From TPA_inf: Saccharomyces (taxonomy: Eukaryota), in NCBI GenBank assembly GCA_000146045.2, contig BK006945.2, positions 288,001 through 352,000 of the forward strand: DNA of 64,000 nt, written 5' to 3'. Below the pieces are notes generated by a model, which had not been told where the DNA came from, did not search any database, and saw only the letters and a program-made list of their open reading frames with translations. Shown here in pieces: positions 44,116 to 55,988 of the stretch; positions within the stretch are counted from its first letter, which is position 1; the number at the start of each line of letters is the position of its first letter. The translations under genes and the position numbers were made by a program.

Positions 44116-44589
44116 CGATCGCTGATTCACCGCTTTGTATCTATATATGATTAGCCAGTGTGTATGAGTAAAATAGAGCAATTGATCTAGTTTCTTAGTC
44201 GTGTCACTATTGAATAAATAAATGTTAATGTTGCTGGAAAGGAAGAATTATGTCACTTTTGACGCTCTCGCATTCCGTGTGCGGTGATAGCGGTAACTTG
44301 GTCTAGCAACGAAAATTTAAAAAGGTTGGAAAAGGAAAAGAAGAGCTCAAGTGGACCTAGAAGTCCTGCTTTGCCACCGTTTAAGCAAGGAATAGAGCAC
44401 GCCGTTGACACAAATTCACAGTCAAGGACGGGCCACGAGAACTTTATTACAAAATATACTGCATTACACGAAATTCAGCGGAACTCTGAGCGCGAACAGC
44501 ATTAGGTACCGAGAAACGCTTTTCAAAAGAAATTTCTAAAAGTTTTATTGTGCCATTAATATCGCGGCTCAATTGTTAAGTATTTCACT

Positions 44590-47500
44590 ATGCCTAATCC
44601 GAATACAGCAGATTACTTGGTGAATCCAAATTTCAGGACCAGTAAGGGCGGATCTTTATCGCCGACGCCAGAAGCTTTCAACGACACGCGAGTTGCTGCA
44701 CCAGCCACTCTTCGCATGATGGGCAAGCAATCTGGACCAAGAAATGACCAGCAACAAGCACCACTGATGCCTCCTGCAGATATCAAACAGGGCAAGGAAC
44801 AGGCAGCTCAGAGACAAAATGATGCATCGAGGCCTAATGGCGCCGTGGAATTAAGGCAATTTCATAGAAGATCTTTGGGAGATTGGGAGTTCCTTGAAAC
44901 GGTTGGCGCAGGCTCTATGGGTAAAGTTAAATTGGTCAAGCATCGTCAAACAAAGGAAATTTGTGTAATAAAGATTGTTAATAGGGCTTCCAAGGCTTAT
45001 CTCCATAAACAGCACTCTTTACCTTCCCCAAAGAATGAGAGTGAGATATTAGAAAGACAAAAGCGGTTAGAAAAAGAAATTGCGAGGGATAAAAGGACTG
45101 TTAGGGAAGCCTCTTTGGGCCAAATCCTTTACCATCCTCATATCTGTCGTTTATTTGAAATGTGCACTATGTCAAACCATTTTTATATGCTTTTTGAATA
45201 CGTTTCCGGTGGACAGCTGTTAGATTATATTATTCAGCATGGCTCATTAAAGGAACACCATGCGAGGAAATTTGCCAGAGGTATAGCTAGTGCGCTGCAA
45301 TACTTACATGCCAATAATATTGTTCATCGAGATCTGAAAATTGAGAATATAATGATATCTAGTTCAGGTGAAATTAAGATCATTGATTTTGGTCTTTCCA
45401 ACATTTTTGATTATAGGAAACAATTACATACGTTTTGTGGTTCCTTGTACTTTGCAGCACCAGAACTATTAAAAGCGCAGCCATACACAGGACCTGAGGT
45501 AGATATTTGGTCGTTTGGTATTGTTCTTTATGTCTTGGTCTGCGGTAAAGTACCATTTGATGATGAGAACTCAAGCATTTTACATGAAAAAATAAAAAAA
45601 GGTAAAGTAGACTATCCTTCACACTTATCCATTGAAGTTATATCTTTATTAACCAGGATGATTGTTGTCGACCCATTAAGAAGAGCAACATTAAAGAATG
45701 TCGTTGAGCATCCATGGATGAACAGAGGATACGATTTTAAGGCTCCATCATATGTTCCTAATCGTGTTCCATTAACCCCTGAAATGATAGATAGCCAAGT
45801 TCTGAAGGAAATGTATCGCCTAGAATTTATTGACGATATTGAAGATACAAGAAGATCATTGATCCGATTAGTAACTGAAAAGGAATACATCCAACTTTCC
45901 CAAGAATACTGGGACAAATTATCCAACGCCAAGGGGTTGAGTTCAAGTTTAAATAATAACTACCTAAATTCAACGGCACAACAAACCTTAATACAAAATC
46001 ATATTACAAGTAATCCATCGCAAAGTGGTTATAATGAACCAGATAGTAATTTTGAAGATCCTACTTTAGCATATCATCCATTACTATCAATATATCACTT
46101 GGTTTCAGAAATGGTTGCACGGAAATTAGCGAAGTTGCAAAGAAGGCAAGCATTGGCCCTGCAAGCGCAAGCTCAGCAAAGGCAACAACAGCAACAAGTA
46201 GCACTTGGCACTAAGGTCGCCTTAAATAATAACTCCCCGGATATTATGACCAAAATGAGGAGCCCTCAGAAAGAAGTAGTACCTAATCCTGGTATTTTTC
46301 AAGTGCCGGCAATTGGAACATCGGGAACCTCAAACAACACTAATACCTCAAACAAACCTCCACTGCATGTAATGGTTCCTCCTAAACTAACAATACCGGA
46401 ACAAGCGCATACTTCTCCAACATCTAGGAAGAGTTCCGACATTCATACGGAATTAAATGGTGTTTTGAAATCAACACCAGTCCCCGTGTCTGGCGAATAT
46501 CAGCAACGTTCTGCTTCACCCGTAGTAGGTGAACATCAGGAAAAGAATACAATAGGCGGCATATTCAGAAGAATATCACAAAGTGGACAATCTCAGCATC
46601 CCACACGGCAACAGGAACCTCTTCCAGAAAGAGAACCTCCAACATATATGTCAAAATCAAATGAAATTTCCATCAAAGTACCGAAAAGCCATAGTCGTAC
46701 TATATCAGATTATATTCCTAGCGCTAGAAGATATCCATCTTACGTGCCAAATTCTGTTGATGTAAAACAGAAACCCGCTAAAAACACTACCATAGCACCT
46801 CCTATAAGGTCAGTATCACAAAAGCAAAACAGTGATCTTCCAGCTTTACCTCAGAACGCCGAACTAATTGTTCAAAAACAACGGCAAAAACTATTACAGG
46901 AAAATCTCGACAAATTACAAATTAATGATAATGATAACAACAATGTGAACGCTGTAGTCGATGGTATCAATAATGATAATAGTGACCATTATCTCTCCGT
47001 TCCGAAGGGTCGTAAGTTACATCCTAGTGCAAGGGCTAAATCGGTGGGGCATGCTCGTCGTGAATCTTTGAAATTTACTAGGCCGCCTATACCAGCAGCC
47101 CTTCCGCCATCAGATATGACAAACGATAACGGCTTTTTGGGAGAGGCAAACAAGGAGAGATACAATCCTGTTAGCAGTAACTTTTCGACCGTTCCTGAAG
47201 ATTCTACCACATACAGTAACGATACTAACAATAGACTGACTTCGGTGTATTCTCAGGAGCTTACTGAGAAGCAAATTTTGGAGGAAGCTTCAAAGGCACC
47301 CCCCGGGTCTATGCCATCAATTGATTATCCAAAGTCAATGTTTTTGAAGGGTTTTTTCTCTGTACAAACAACCTCCTCTAAACCATTGCCTATTGTTCGT
47401 CACAATATCATATCTGTTTTAACAAGAATGAATATTGATTTCAAAGAAGTGAAAGGCGGGTTCATATGTGTCCAACAAAGGCCATCTATTGAGACTGCAG

Positions 47501-48033
47501 CTGTCCCTGTTATAACCACTACTGGCGTGGGTTTGGATTCCGGAAAGGCGATGGATCTGCAAAATAGTTTAGACAGTCAATTATCATCCAGTTACCATAG
47601 TACAGCGTCCTCAGCATCAAGAAATAGTTCGATAAAACGCCAAGGTTCTTATAAGAGGGGCCAGAATAATATACCACTAACACCTTTAGCGACCAATACA
47701 CATCAAAGAAATTCATCTATCCCAATGTCTCCAAACTACGGAAACCAAAGTAATGGTACATCAGGGGAACTATCTTCCATGTCATTAGATTATGTTCAAC
47801 AACAGGATGATATTTTAACAACATCAAGAGCCCAAAATATAAATAACGTAAATGGTCAAACAGAGCAAACCAATACTTCTGGTATAAAAGAAAGGCCTCC
47901 TATTAAATTTGAGATTCACATTGTAAAGGTTCGTATCGTCGGCCTAGCAGGTGTACATTTCAAAAAGGTTTCTGGTAATACGTGGCTATATAAAGAATTG
48001 GCATCGTATATTTTAAAAGAATTAAACCTATAG
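44590..48033 (+). CDS. KIN2: KIN2, a Ser/Thr protein kinase of the MARK/PAR-1 family with a C-terminal KA1 domain, 1147 aa.
   Basis: Kinase subdomains (GxGxx[24 protein letters not shown]) and a C-terminal KA1-like tail ([12 protein letters not shown]). Size and position match YLR096W. Confidence 0.92.
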
Positions 48034-48230
48034 ATACGTTGTTCTTACTAAATATTTCAACGTGTGTCTTTCAATTTTTATTATCTAATATTTATCTTTT
48101 TTTAATATTATAGTATAATTTATTTAAGCTGAGATCTGCTTTCTTTAATCTTTCATATGATGAAATAATAGTTCTACATAAATCTATAAGAATAATAAAT
48201 AAAGTAAAACAACTGCAAAAAACATCGATG

Positions 48231-49265
48231 TCATCCAGGATCCTTGAAAGATTTCACTCTGGAGAAGAAAAAAGATTTCTCATTTCTCAACGAACAGTTA
48301 GATGCATTCCCTTCCTTATCCACTACAATTGAACTTAGCCATTTCAACCGTTGATATCTCTTATTGCCTTGATTCTTGATTTGGAATTCTTCGATAAACG
48401 TATACTTTTCATCTGACCTTGTTATCTTTAAATGACCAAAATCATAATCAAATCCGAGGCTCCAATAACACATATGACTATGCCTGGGTTTGTTCTCTTT
48501 GGAGAAGTGCTTCACGACAGCGCTAGGTTCATCTGTAGAAAGTAATCTCAAACATTGGCCGTTCTCATAAAATCTGAAATACCTGTAATAGGTGATCATG
48601 TGAACTGGCTTTAAAAGAGATAACGAACTTTCTGCATTGGAACCGTATCTTACATAATTTACTACACTGATGTAAACACCTTCGAATTTAATATATGGCC
48701 TTTCCCTTAACATACGATAATCATCACCCCGCCATATTTCCTTTTCAAAGGTATTTATATCGGTGATTCCGTTAAGATCCATTGCCATTTTGTCGTATAT
48801 TTGCTTAGAATATATGTACTTCGCGAAAGTTTTAAATGGCACAGAATCGTGGAAGCAAAGCTTGCTAAAGGTGGAACAAGTCATCGACAAATTCACCCAA
48901 GATTCACCAGACATTAATATAACTTTTTTAATAATTCTCAGTAAAATGTCGTCAGGCAAGATTTCCAGAATCCAGCAGGGTTGAAGTTCAGCATTTTCTT
49001 CAACAGATAAGTCATCTTTACCGGTTTCATTTTGTTCATCTGGAGCATCAGTAGTCATTGATAATCCCGATAGTTTTTTGTGCAGCATCCACTCATCAAG
49101 TATTTTTTTTCTGTACAGTGATTCCACATTATCATGGATTTTCAATGCACTTCGATAGAAGTTTATAGCATCTGACATTGACCCATCCTTCTCTTTCAGT
49201 ACACCTTTTTCCCAAATAGCAATAGCCTCTTTAGCCCTAGGGTCCTTTTCATAATCTACTATCAT
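48231..49265 (-). CDS. HRT3: HRT3, a putative F-box protein and SCF substrate adaptor, 344 aa.
   Basis: A 344-aa ORF. Size and position match YLR097C. Confidence 0.8.
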   Translation of the reverse strand: MIVDYEKDPRAKEAIAIWEKGVLKEKDGSMSDAINFYRSALKIHDNVESLYRKKILDEWMLHKKLSGLSMTTDAPDEQNETGKDDLSVEENAELQPCWILEILPDDILLRIIKKVILMSGESWVNLSMTCSTFSKLCFHDSVPFKTFAKYIYSKQIYDKMAMDLNGITDINTFEKEIWRGDDYRMLRERPYIKFEGVYISVVNYVRYGSNAESSLSLLKPVHMITYYRYFRFYENGQCLRLLSTDEPSAVVKHFSKENKPRHSHMCYWSLGFDYDFGHLKITRSDEKYTFIEEFQIKNQGNKRYQRLKWLSSIVVDKEGNASNCSLRNEKSFFFSRVKSFKDPG

Positions 49266-49526
49266 TTGCTCCTTGAGTTTAGCTTATGGAACACATGTGT
49301 CGTCGCCAAAGATGATGGGGAATGTTTGCTTTTATCTTGCTCAGTCGATTTCGCTATCTAGGAACTACAATCCTTTTTTTTGTCATTTGGAAGGCTCTTT
49401 AAAATTCCGAATCGATAAGTTCGGAGGTGGGAAAGGATAGCGGTATATTCCTTCCCAAATAAAAAGGCTACAAACACATTACATAAAGAATATTTGTTCA
49501 AGTAAACATATCCTCTTCACTCAAGA

Positions 49527-51473
49527 TTACTTCGACAAACCATCATTGGTGTTTCCACCAATCAGCATATCAATCTCATTCAATAAAGTAAAGTCAAAAT
49601 TGTACTCTAAGGCAAAATCGTTACCGTGAGATAGAGTCCCTAATAAATCCATAGTTTCTGAATTATGCAAAGCATCTTCAGAGTTTTCTATGAATTTTCT
49701 AGCAAGTTCGTAATTCAGGGTAGGCGCACTTAAAAAATTTAAGAAGTCTTGTTTTCTATCCTTTTTAATCAAGTTGGACTTCATGCATTGGATGGCTAAA
49801 ATCGCAGAATAAATCATGTAAATTGTGGCCTTCTCAAACGTCTTAAATTTATTTTTCCAAACTTTTAAAAGATAATACAGTTCATCAACATAACCTTCAA
49901 CCAATTCCCGGCTTTGTTTGATTTCGTATATGAAAGGTTTATTATAGGAAATTAGCACGATATAGTAATGAAACCATACGTAAGCTATGGTTGGGTTAAA
50001 ATCTGTCATTTCCATCAATGACCTCTTGGTCCATTGTAGTTCAGGGGGCAAATCCCTTCTCCAATTGTATACCTCCAGATTAAATTTGGCCAAGTATTCA
50101 CTCCTTTGAAGTAGAGTTTCGTTTGGGCTGAAAATCTTGGATGCAAAAATCTCCGTTATTCTCGATAACACAATCAGTTTCTTCAAGGGGTTTGCAGTGG
50201 ACAATATTACTTTTGGGTCATATATGTACTCCTCTATACCAGTCTCAATTTCAGGTAGCTCGTCTGTTTCTGGAACAGTGGAATTGGACAAACGCAAGGA
50301 AGTTGATCTTCCAAAGAGGATCGCTATTAAATGATCAGCAATGTAGCAGCCCCAATAAATTCTACTTCTCACTTCAAAATCCATTATTGACAGCTCGTCT
50401 TCATAAACATTACTCCATGCTTCTGGATTCAAATGTAGGCCGATTTCGTGGGCAATCCTAAATGCCAGCCCAGAAAGATACCAAGCCATGGGGTTTTCTC
50501 CGCTTCCAATGTCATAAAATGCCAAACACAATAGAGTCTGGATGATTGCTAATTTCGAAGAGGACGACGATTCAGCTAACGAAGAATCTTCCAGTTGAAA
50601 AATTTTTTTGAGTACTATCGTCTTGGCTCTTTGATAAAACACTTCAGATTGTTGAAAAAGCTCAGTTTCTGATTTGTATGAAATCAAAGATCCCAATGCA
50701 GCGATTGCAAATACCAATTCTTCGGAACAATAGTAACTTTTAGTGTTAGTATCACCGAAGAAAGCACTTAAGAAAGTTTCTCTATGAATGAAAAGGTAAT
50801 GTCCCGGGTATAGCCATTTGAAAAAGAGTGACAACGATCTTAAGATAAGGGGACTTCTTGATAAATTTTTTAGGCTGACCTGCTGTTGCTGATATCTTGT
50901 GCTTCCATCCGTCTTCTTTTTTATTATAGACAAGGAATTTGATGGATATATACTATTTGTGCCAACTGGTGGAGGGCTCTCGGAAGGCATTTTCTTGGTG
51001 AACGCATCAGACTCATTCTCATCGTTGCTTTCAGATGATGGTAGTGCTGATTGTGCTGTTTCGCCATACTTTAAGATTTTTTCATTAGGAGCATCACCAT
51101 GATCACTGTTGTTTTTTAACGAGGAGAGAGCATTGCTAGCAATTGTGGAAGACGAGGAACTTAATATTTGCAACTGTTCTTTCAAAGACCGAATCTGGCT
51201 CTGTAAAGCTTCTACGTAAGTCGTAGAATATCTTTTGTTCCTTAAGTCTTGTTGAGTGAATACACATTCGGTACGAAACTTGATACAGTTTGAACAAGGC
51301 TTTTCCATGTTACATTTCCTTCTTCTTCTACGGCAATTCTGGCATGCTAGTTTTCTCTTCCTGGGCACGTTGTTATTATTCTGGTCATTATCTGTCACAG
51401 ATTTCTTTAAACTGGACGGAAGGGAGGGTGTTACCGTTGTTGTTAAAGGTGGAGGTGAAGGCTCCAACATCAT
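49527..51473 (-). CDS. CHA4: CHA4, a Zn2Cys6 transcription activator of serine/threonine catabolism, 648 aa.
   Basis: N-terminal Zn2Cys6 cluster CQNCRRRRRKCNMEKPCSNCIKFRTEC followed by a coiled-coil dimerisation region. Size and position match YLR098C. Confidence 0.9.
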   Translation of the reverse strand: MMLEPSPPPLTTTVTPSLPSSLKKSVTDNDQNNNNVPRKRKLACQNCRRRRRKCNMEKPCSNCIKFRTECVFTQQDLRNKRYSTTYVEALQSQIRSLKEQLQILSSSSSTIASNALSSLKNNSDHGDAPNEKILKYGETAQSALPSSESNDENESDAFTKKMPSESPPPVGTNSIYPSNSLSIIKKKTDGSTRYQQQQVSLKNLSRSPLILRSLSLFFKWLYPGHYLFIHRETFLSAFFGDTNTKSYYCSEELVFAIAALGSLISYKSETELFQQSEVFYQRAKTIVLKKIFQLEDSSLAESSSSSKLAIIQTLLCLAFYDIGSGENPMAWYLSGLAFRIAHEIGLHLNPEAWSNVYEDELSIMDFEVRSRIYWGCYIADHLIAILFGRSTSLRLSNSTVPETDELPEIETGIEEYIYDPKVILSTANPLKKLIVLSRITEIFASKIFSPNETLLQRSEYLAKFNLEVYNWRRDLPPELQWTKRSLMEMTDFNPTIAYVWFHYYIVLISYNKPFIYEIKQSRELVEGYVDELYYLLKVWKNKFKTFEKATIYMIYSAILAIQCMKSNLIKKDRKQDFLNFLSAPTLNYELARKFIENSEDALHNSETMDLLGTLSHGNDFALEYNFDFTLLNEIDMLIGGNTNDGLSK

Positions 51474-51676
51474 TGCTGCGATTGTGTAGAGCTTCGAGTT
51501 TTAAAAGGGCTATTTTTGAAAACTTACGGCGATGTCAACTTGTTGATTTTGCTTTGTTTCGTTCGGGATGGATCGGAACATCCGCTCACATATGAGAGGT
51601 TTACACTCTTGATGTATATGTTGCTCTATCTTGTATACGGTTAAGTAAAGTGATGTATTATGTATATGTATGTATT

Positions 51677-51697
51677 TATATATATATATATATATAT
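51677..51697. repeat. (TA)10 microsatellite in the CHA4 promoter / ICT1 3' region.
   Basis: The run tatatatatatatatatatat is seen directly in the sequence. Confidence 0.9.
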
Positions 51698-51743
51698 GCG
51701 TGGTTTTCCATATTGTATTTTTCTTCTCTACTCTATATAGGCA

Positions 51744-52928
51744 TTACTTTGACAGGAACGAGACTAAAGAAGAGGCAAAGTGCTGCGGGTTGTCCAGGAA
51801 AAGATTATGGCCAGCATCAGGGACTTCAACGTAGCTAGCCTTTGCCTTGTTTTTTAGCATTGATTCAGTAGTCAAGTAGCCCGCATATTTATCCATCCAA
51901 TCGTGCTCGCCATACATGAACATGACAGGCGTTGCTGGGTTCAAAAAACGAACGTTGTTTATTATCGGATCTCTAGCGATCAGATTCCTTTCAAACAAAT
52001 GGGTGAACACCTTGATTGTCTGTGGTTGCACCGTCTGGTTCTTCCCGACAAATGAGTGCAAAAGATAGTCCTTATATATCTGATCCGGAACTTTTACGTA
52101 TGCGGTGGAGATGTAGTTCGAGCACAATTTGGAGCCTATGGGTCCCATCCACTTCAAAACGTTTAGCTGGTTTTCAAAGATAAACCGCGGTACGTTCAGC
52201 TTTCTTGTATAATATCGGGACGATGGGTCGGTAAACGTAAGTGGATAGGTGGTGTTGGGCTCCCATTTGTGGGTGATAGCATGTATACTGTTTTCCACAC
52301 CAAGAGGAGATATGAGACACAGTTTCTCAATGGAATCAGGGTACTTGAGGGCGTATTTGAATGAAATATATCCTCCGAATGAATGGCCCACCACGTTTAT
52401 TTTGCGAAGCTTGTTATCCTTCCGCCATTGCTCTATCCTGTCTACGAAGTAGCTTTCGTACTGCTCCAGGTGTGACTTGATGTCCTCTGCTGGGGGGCGC
52501 TTCTCTATCACAGGGATTACTACGTCATCTTCTATATGCTTAAACCTGAGAGACTTGATCTTCTTGGTTTTGTTCACTTGCAATGCTGGCGCCTCTGAGG
52601 CACCATTGGCTGGCAAGTCGATGGCATATAGATCTTTAATGTTGTCTGACAGGTTCTCAAACGTCCTGTAGAACGCCATCGACGAGGCAGCGTATCCATG
52701 GATTAGTACTGTAGGCGTGCACACTTTGTTCGCACGCTTATTGTGGAAATGCCACTGGTTAATCCCGCCTGGAGTCATCGTGTTATTAACGGACCCACGC
52801 ACAGTGGTGCTATCCATAATTTGCTGCTGCAGGGCCTTCAGGCCCTGCACGCTAGCACACACCTTGGCGTCTGCAGTAGTGGTCTCCTTCTCAGTTTTGC
52901 TGCACCATTTGAAAGTGTTTGTCCACAT
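51744..52928 (-). CDS. ICT1: ICT1, a lysophosphatidic acid acyltransferase of the alpha/beta-hydrolase family, 394 aa.
   Basis: The 427-aa track ORF has a non-ATG start. The first ATG (MWTNTFKWCSK) gives 394 aa, matching YLR099C. It has a GHSFGG lipase-type nucleophile motif and a C-terminal HxxxxD-like region. My hand count of the printed sequence puts this ATG 1 nt off the track frame, so treat the start as +/-1 nt. Confidence 0.85.
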   Translation of the reverse strand: MWTNTFKWCSKTEKETTTADAKVCASVQGLKALQQQIMDSTTVRGSVNNTMTPGGINQWHFHNKRANKVCTPTVLIHGYAASSMAFYRTFENLSDNIKDLYAIDLPANGASEAPALQVNKTKKIKSLRFKHIEDDVVIPVIEKRPPAEDIKSHLEQYESYFVDRIEQWRKDNKLRKINVVGHSFGGYISFKYALKYPDSIEKLCLISPLGVENSIHAITHKWEPNTTYPLTFTDPSSRYYTRKLNVPRFIFENQLNVLKWMGPIGSKLCSNYISTAYVKVPDQIYKDYLLHSFVGKNQTVQPQTIKVFTHLFERNLIARDPIINNVRFLNPATPVMFMYGEHDWMDKYAGYLTTESMLKNKAKASYVEVPDAGHNLFLDNPQHFASSLVSFLSK

Positions 52929-53235
52929 TCTACTGAAGAAAACTACGCTTACGTATGTATATGTCCTGAACAATGAGAGAAAGACCTGCGAATATACTTC
53001 TACTACTCCACGTACAAAAAAGAGCACGCTGCTTTATTTATACTTTTGTGCCACAAGAATGATCAACATCAACATAAATATCAACTAGTATCTGCAACAC
53101 ATCTGCTCCACGGAACTAAACCCGTTGAGCAGTGCCCCGTGGAAACGTAAACTATCGCAAATTGGGATTAACAAGCCAAAAACAGCCAAGCAAGATTCAC
53201 GAAACCGCGCCTCGTTTGGACCCCGAAGGCCCATT

Positions 53236-53251
53236 TAACGGCCGGCCGTTA
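53236..53251. promoter_or_regulatory. Perfect 16-bp GC-rich palindrome TAACGGCCGGCCGTTA, containing inverted CGG/CCG triplets, in the ICT1/MIM2 divergent promoter.
   Basis: Read directly from sequence and equal to its own reverse complement. A CGCGC (Rsc3-like) motif sits about 30 bp upstream. Confidence 0.5.
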
Positions 53252-53324
53252 CAAGCAAGATCGGCAGAGCAAACCACTCCCCAGCACCACAGCACATCAC
53301 TGCACGAGCAACAATAACTAGAAC

Positions 53325-53588
53325 ATGGCAGATAGCGAGGATACCTCTGTGATCCTGCAGGGCATCGACACAATCAACAGCGTGGAGGGCCTGGAAGAAG
53401 ATGGTTACCTCAGCGACGAGGACACGTCACTCAGCAACGAGCTCGCAGATGCACAGCGTCAATGGGAAGAGTCGCTGCAACAGTTGAACAAGCTGCTCAA
53501 CTGGGTCCTGCTGCCCCTGCTGGGCAAGTATATAGGTAGGAGAATGGCCAAGACTCTATGGAGTAGGTTCATTGAACACTTTGTATAA
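53325..53588 (+). CDS. MIM2: MIM2, a mitochondrial outer-membrane import protein of 87 aa.
   Basis: An 87-aa ORF (MADSEDTSVILQGIDTINSVEGLEE...) with a single C-terminal hydrophobic helix. It matches YLR099W-A. Confidence 0.85.
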   Translation: MADSEDTSVILQGIDTINSVEGLEEDGYLSDEDTSLSNELADAQRQWEESLQQLNKLLNWVLLPLLGKYIGRRMAKTLWSRFIEHFV

Positions 53589-53809
53589 GTGTTTGTTGTT
53601 TATGTATCCGCATATAGCAGTTATAACAGATAAATGGCACTTTTCGCACACCCGTTGTTTTATCTCCGATAGTACGTGGGCCTTTATTTATGGTCGTTTA
53701 ACGAAAGAACGGCATCTTGAATTGAGCAGGTATTTAAAAGATAGGACGAGAAACAAGCACATGATCTGTGTCGAAAAAAAGTAGCAAAGAGAAAAAGTAG
53801 GAGGATAGG

Positions 53810-54853
53810 ATGAACAGGAAAGTAGCTATCGTAACGGGTACTAATAGTAATCTTGGTCTGAACATTGTGTTCCGTCTGATTGAAACTGAGGACACCAATG
53901 TCAGATTGACCATTGTGGTGACTTCTAGAACGCTTCCTCGAGTGCAGGAGGTGATTAACCAGATTAAAGATTTTTACAACAAATCAGGCCGTGTAGAGGA
54001 TTTGGAAATAGACTTTGATTATCTGTTGGTGGACTTCACCAACATGGTGAGTGTCTTGAACGCATATTACGACATCAACAAAAAGTACAGGGCGATAAAC
54101 TACCTTTTCGTGAATGCTGCGCAAGGTATCTTTGACGGTATAGATTGGATCGGAGCGGTCAAGGAGGTTTTCACCAATCCATTGGAGGCAGTGACAAATC
54201 CGACATACAAGATACAACTGGTGGGCGTCAAGTCTAAAGATGACATGGGGCTTATTTTCCAGGCCAATGTGTTTGGTCCGTACTACTTTATCAGTAAAAT
54301 TCTGCCTCAATTGACCAGGGGAAAGGCTTATATTGTTTGGATTTCGAGTATTATGTCCGATCCTAAGTATCTTTCGTTGAACGATATTGAACTACTAAAG
54401 ACAAATGCCTCTTATGAGGGCTCCAAGCGTTTAGTTGATTTACTGCATTTGGCCACCTACAAAGACTTGAAAAAGCTGGGCATAAATCAGTATGTAGTTC
54501 AACCGGGCATATTTACAAGCCATTCCTTCTCCGAATATTTGAATTTTTTCACCTATTTCGGCATGCTATGCTTGTTCTATTTGGCCAGGCTGTTGGGGTC
54601 TCCATGGCACAATATTGATGGTTATAAAGCTGCCAATGCCCCAGTATACGTAACTAGATTGGCCAATCCAAACTTTGAGAAACAAGACGTAAAATACGGT
54701 TCTGCTACCTCTAGGGATGGTATGCCATATATCAAGACGCAGGAAATAGACCCTACTGGAATGTCTGATGTCTTCGCTTATATACAGAAGAAGAAACTGG
54801 AATGGGACGAGAAACTGAAAGATCAAATTGTTGAAACTAGAACCCCCATTTAA
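53810..54853 (+). CDS. ERG27: ERG27, a 3-keto sterol reductase of the SDR family, 347 aa.
   Basis: Rossmann motif [12 protein letters not shown] and an SDR fold. Size and position match YLR100W. Confidence 0.9.
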
Positions 54854-54961
54854 TATATCTCTGCGTACATATGTATATATATATATGTGTGTATATACAT
54901 GTATGTCTGTATAGAAAACGCATATCAACTGATATATATACACGTGAAGCAAAAAAGGCAT
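54566..54961 (-). other. A 131-aa antisense ORF overlapping the 3' end of ERG27, corresponding to the dubious ORF YLR101C. Unlikely to be coding.
   Basis: It overlaps a conserved CDS on the opposite strand, has low-complexity composition and spans a TA/TG-rich terminator region. Confidence 0.4.
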
Positions 54962-54969
54962 TGCCTCTG

Positions 54970-55767
54970 TCAGAGAAACGAACTATCCTCGTTGCTATAG
55001 TGTCTTCTGCACTTATCGCGTAGACTTTCTATTGGCACTCTGTCATGGCATTTAATCTTGTACACATTCTTTAATTCTTCTTGCAAAAGAAGGTACTCTT
55101 CATGCAAATGATGACTTTGGAGTGAATTGACTAATCCTGAGTCGTTCCAGAAACTTTTTAAGGCGTTCGTTTCATGATTTATTATGTCATCCAACCGTCT
55201 CATATTAGGTTTCGAATTTGTTACAAATTCTCGCCTTGATAACCTCTCCAGGTCTTCTTTGTTGCATCCAGGTACACTCTCTAACAACATTGAACCATTG
55301 CCCTCCGGATTCGCACTGTCATATTTATTAGCCTCTTCGCCGCACATGATGTCAATATCGGGTCGATAGCTGTCTATGCCGTCTAGATGGCCCACCTTAT
55401 GAAACACAAGACAATGTGCTGCCCTTTCGGCTTTCAAAAAACTGTCAATTCTACTTTCCCTTAGCGTATTGCGCTCACAAAACGGTGAATAATCGTATTG
55501 CTTTTCTTCCTCGATGTGGCTCAAAGTATTCAGATAGTCGACTTCGTCTACGTCCATATTTATCCCATAGAGATCATCTGCAGTCCTCTCCTCTAGTACT
55601 TCGCCTGTTATGGGCATCGAATCATCATTTATTACCCTTGTCGACCTTTTCCGTAGCGGTGTGGTAAAATTGTTAAAGTTGGCTTTGTTGAACCTTGGTG
55701 TTTTCCAGGGCGGCAATGACGGTAGTTGAAACAACTTGCCTTCGTTCTTATCACCATTTTGGTTCAT
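54970..55767 (-). CDS. APC9: APC9, an anaphase-promoting complex subunit of 265 aa.
   Basis: A 265-aa ORF. Size and position match YLR102C. Confidence 0.8.
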
Positions 55768-55988
55768 CTTACTTTGTCACAGCTATTTCTTTCCTTCCTG
55801 AATTTGTCCTTCCAAACCTAGTTCCCTGTTCTTAATTTCCTTTTATTTAGGTTTTTTTTTTTGTTTTGTCAAGAGCCGCGCACAAAATATGGTATTATTA
55901 TAGAAAAGTTGGACTTAAAAGCTTGAAAAAGCTTAGATTTTATATTCATATGCTGGTATATATGTACGACTAAATAATATAAATTTGA

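Noticed and set aside
44284-44505. A 73-aa plus-strand ORF in the IOC2/KIN2 divergent promoter.
   Set aside because: It is short, has no recognisable domain, and lies in a promoter region. There is no supporting signal.
53572-53784. A 70-aa ORF overlapping the MIM2 3' end.
   Set aside because: It overlaps the end of MIM2 in another frame and runs into the ERG27 promoter. Most likely spurious.
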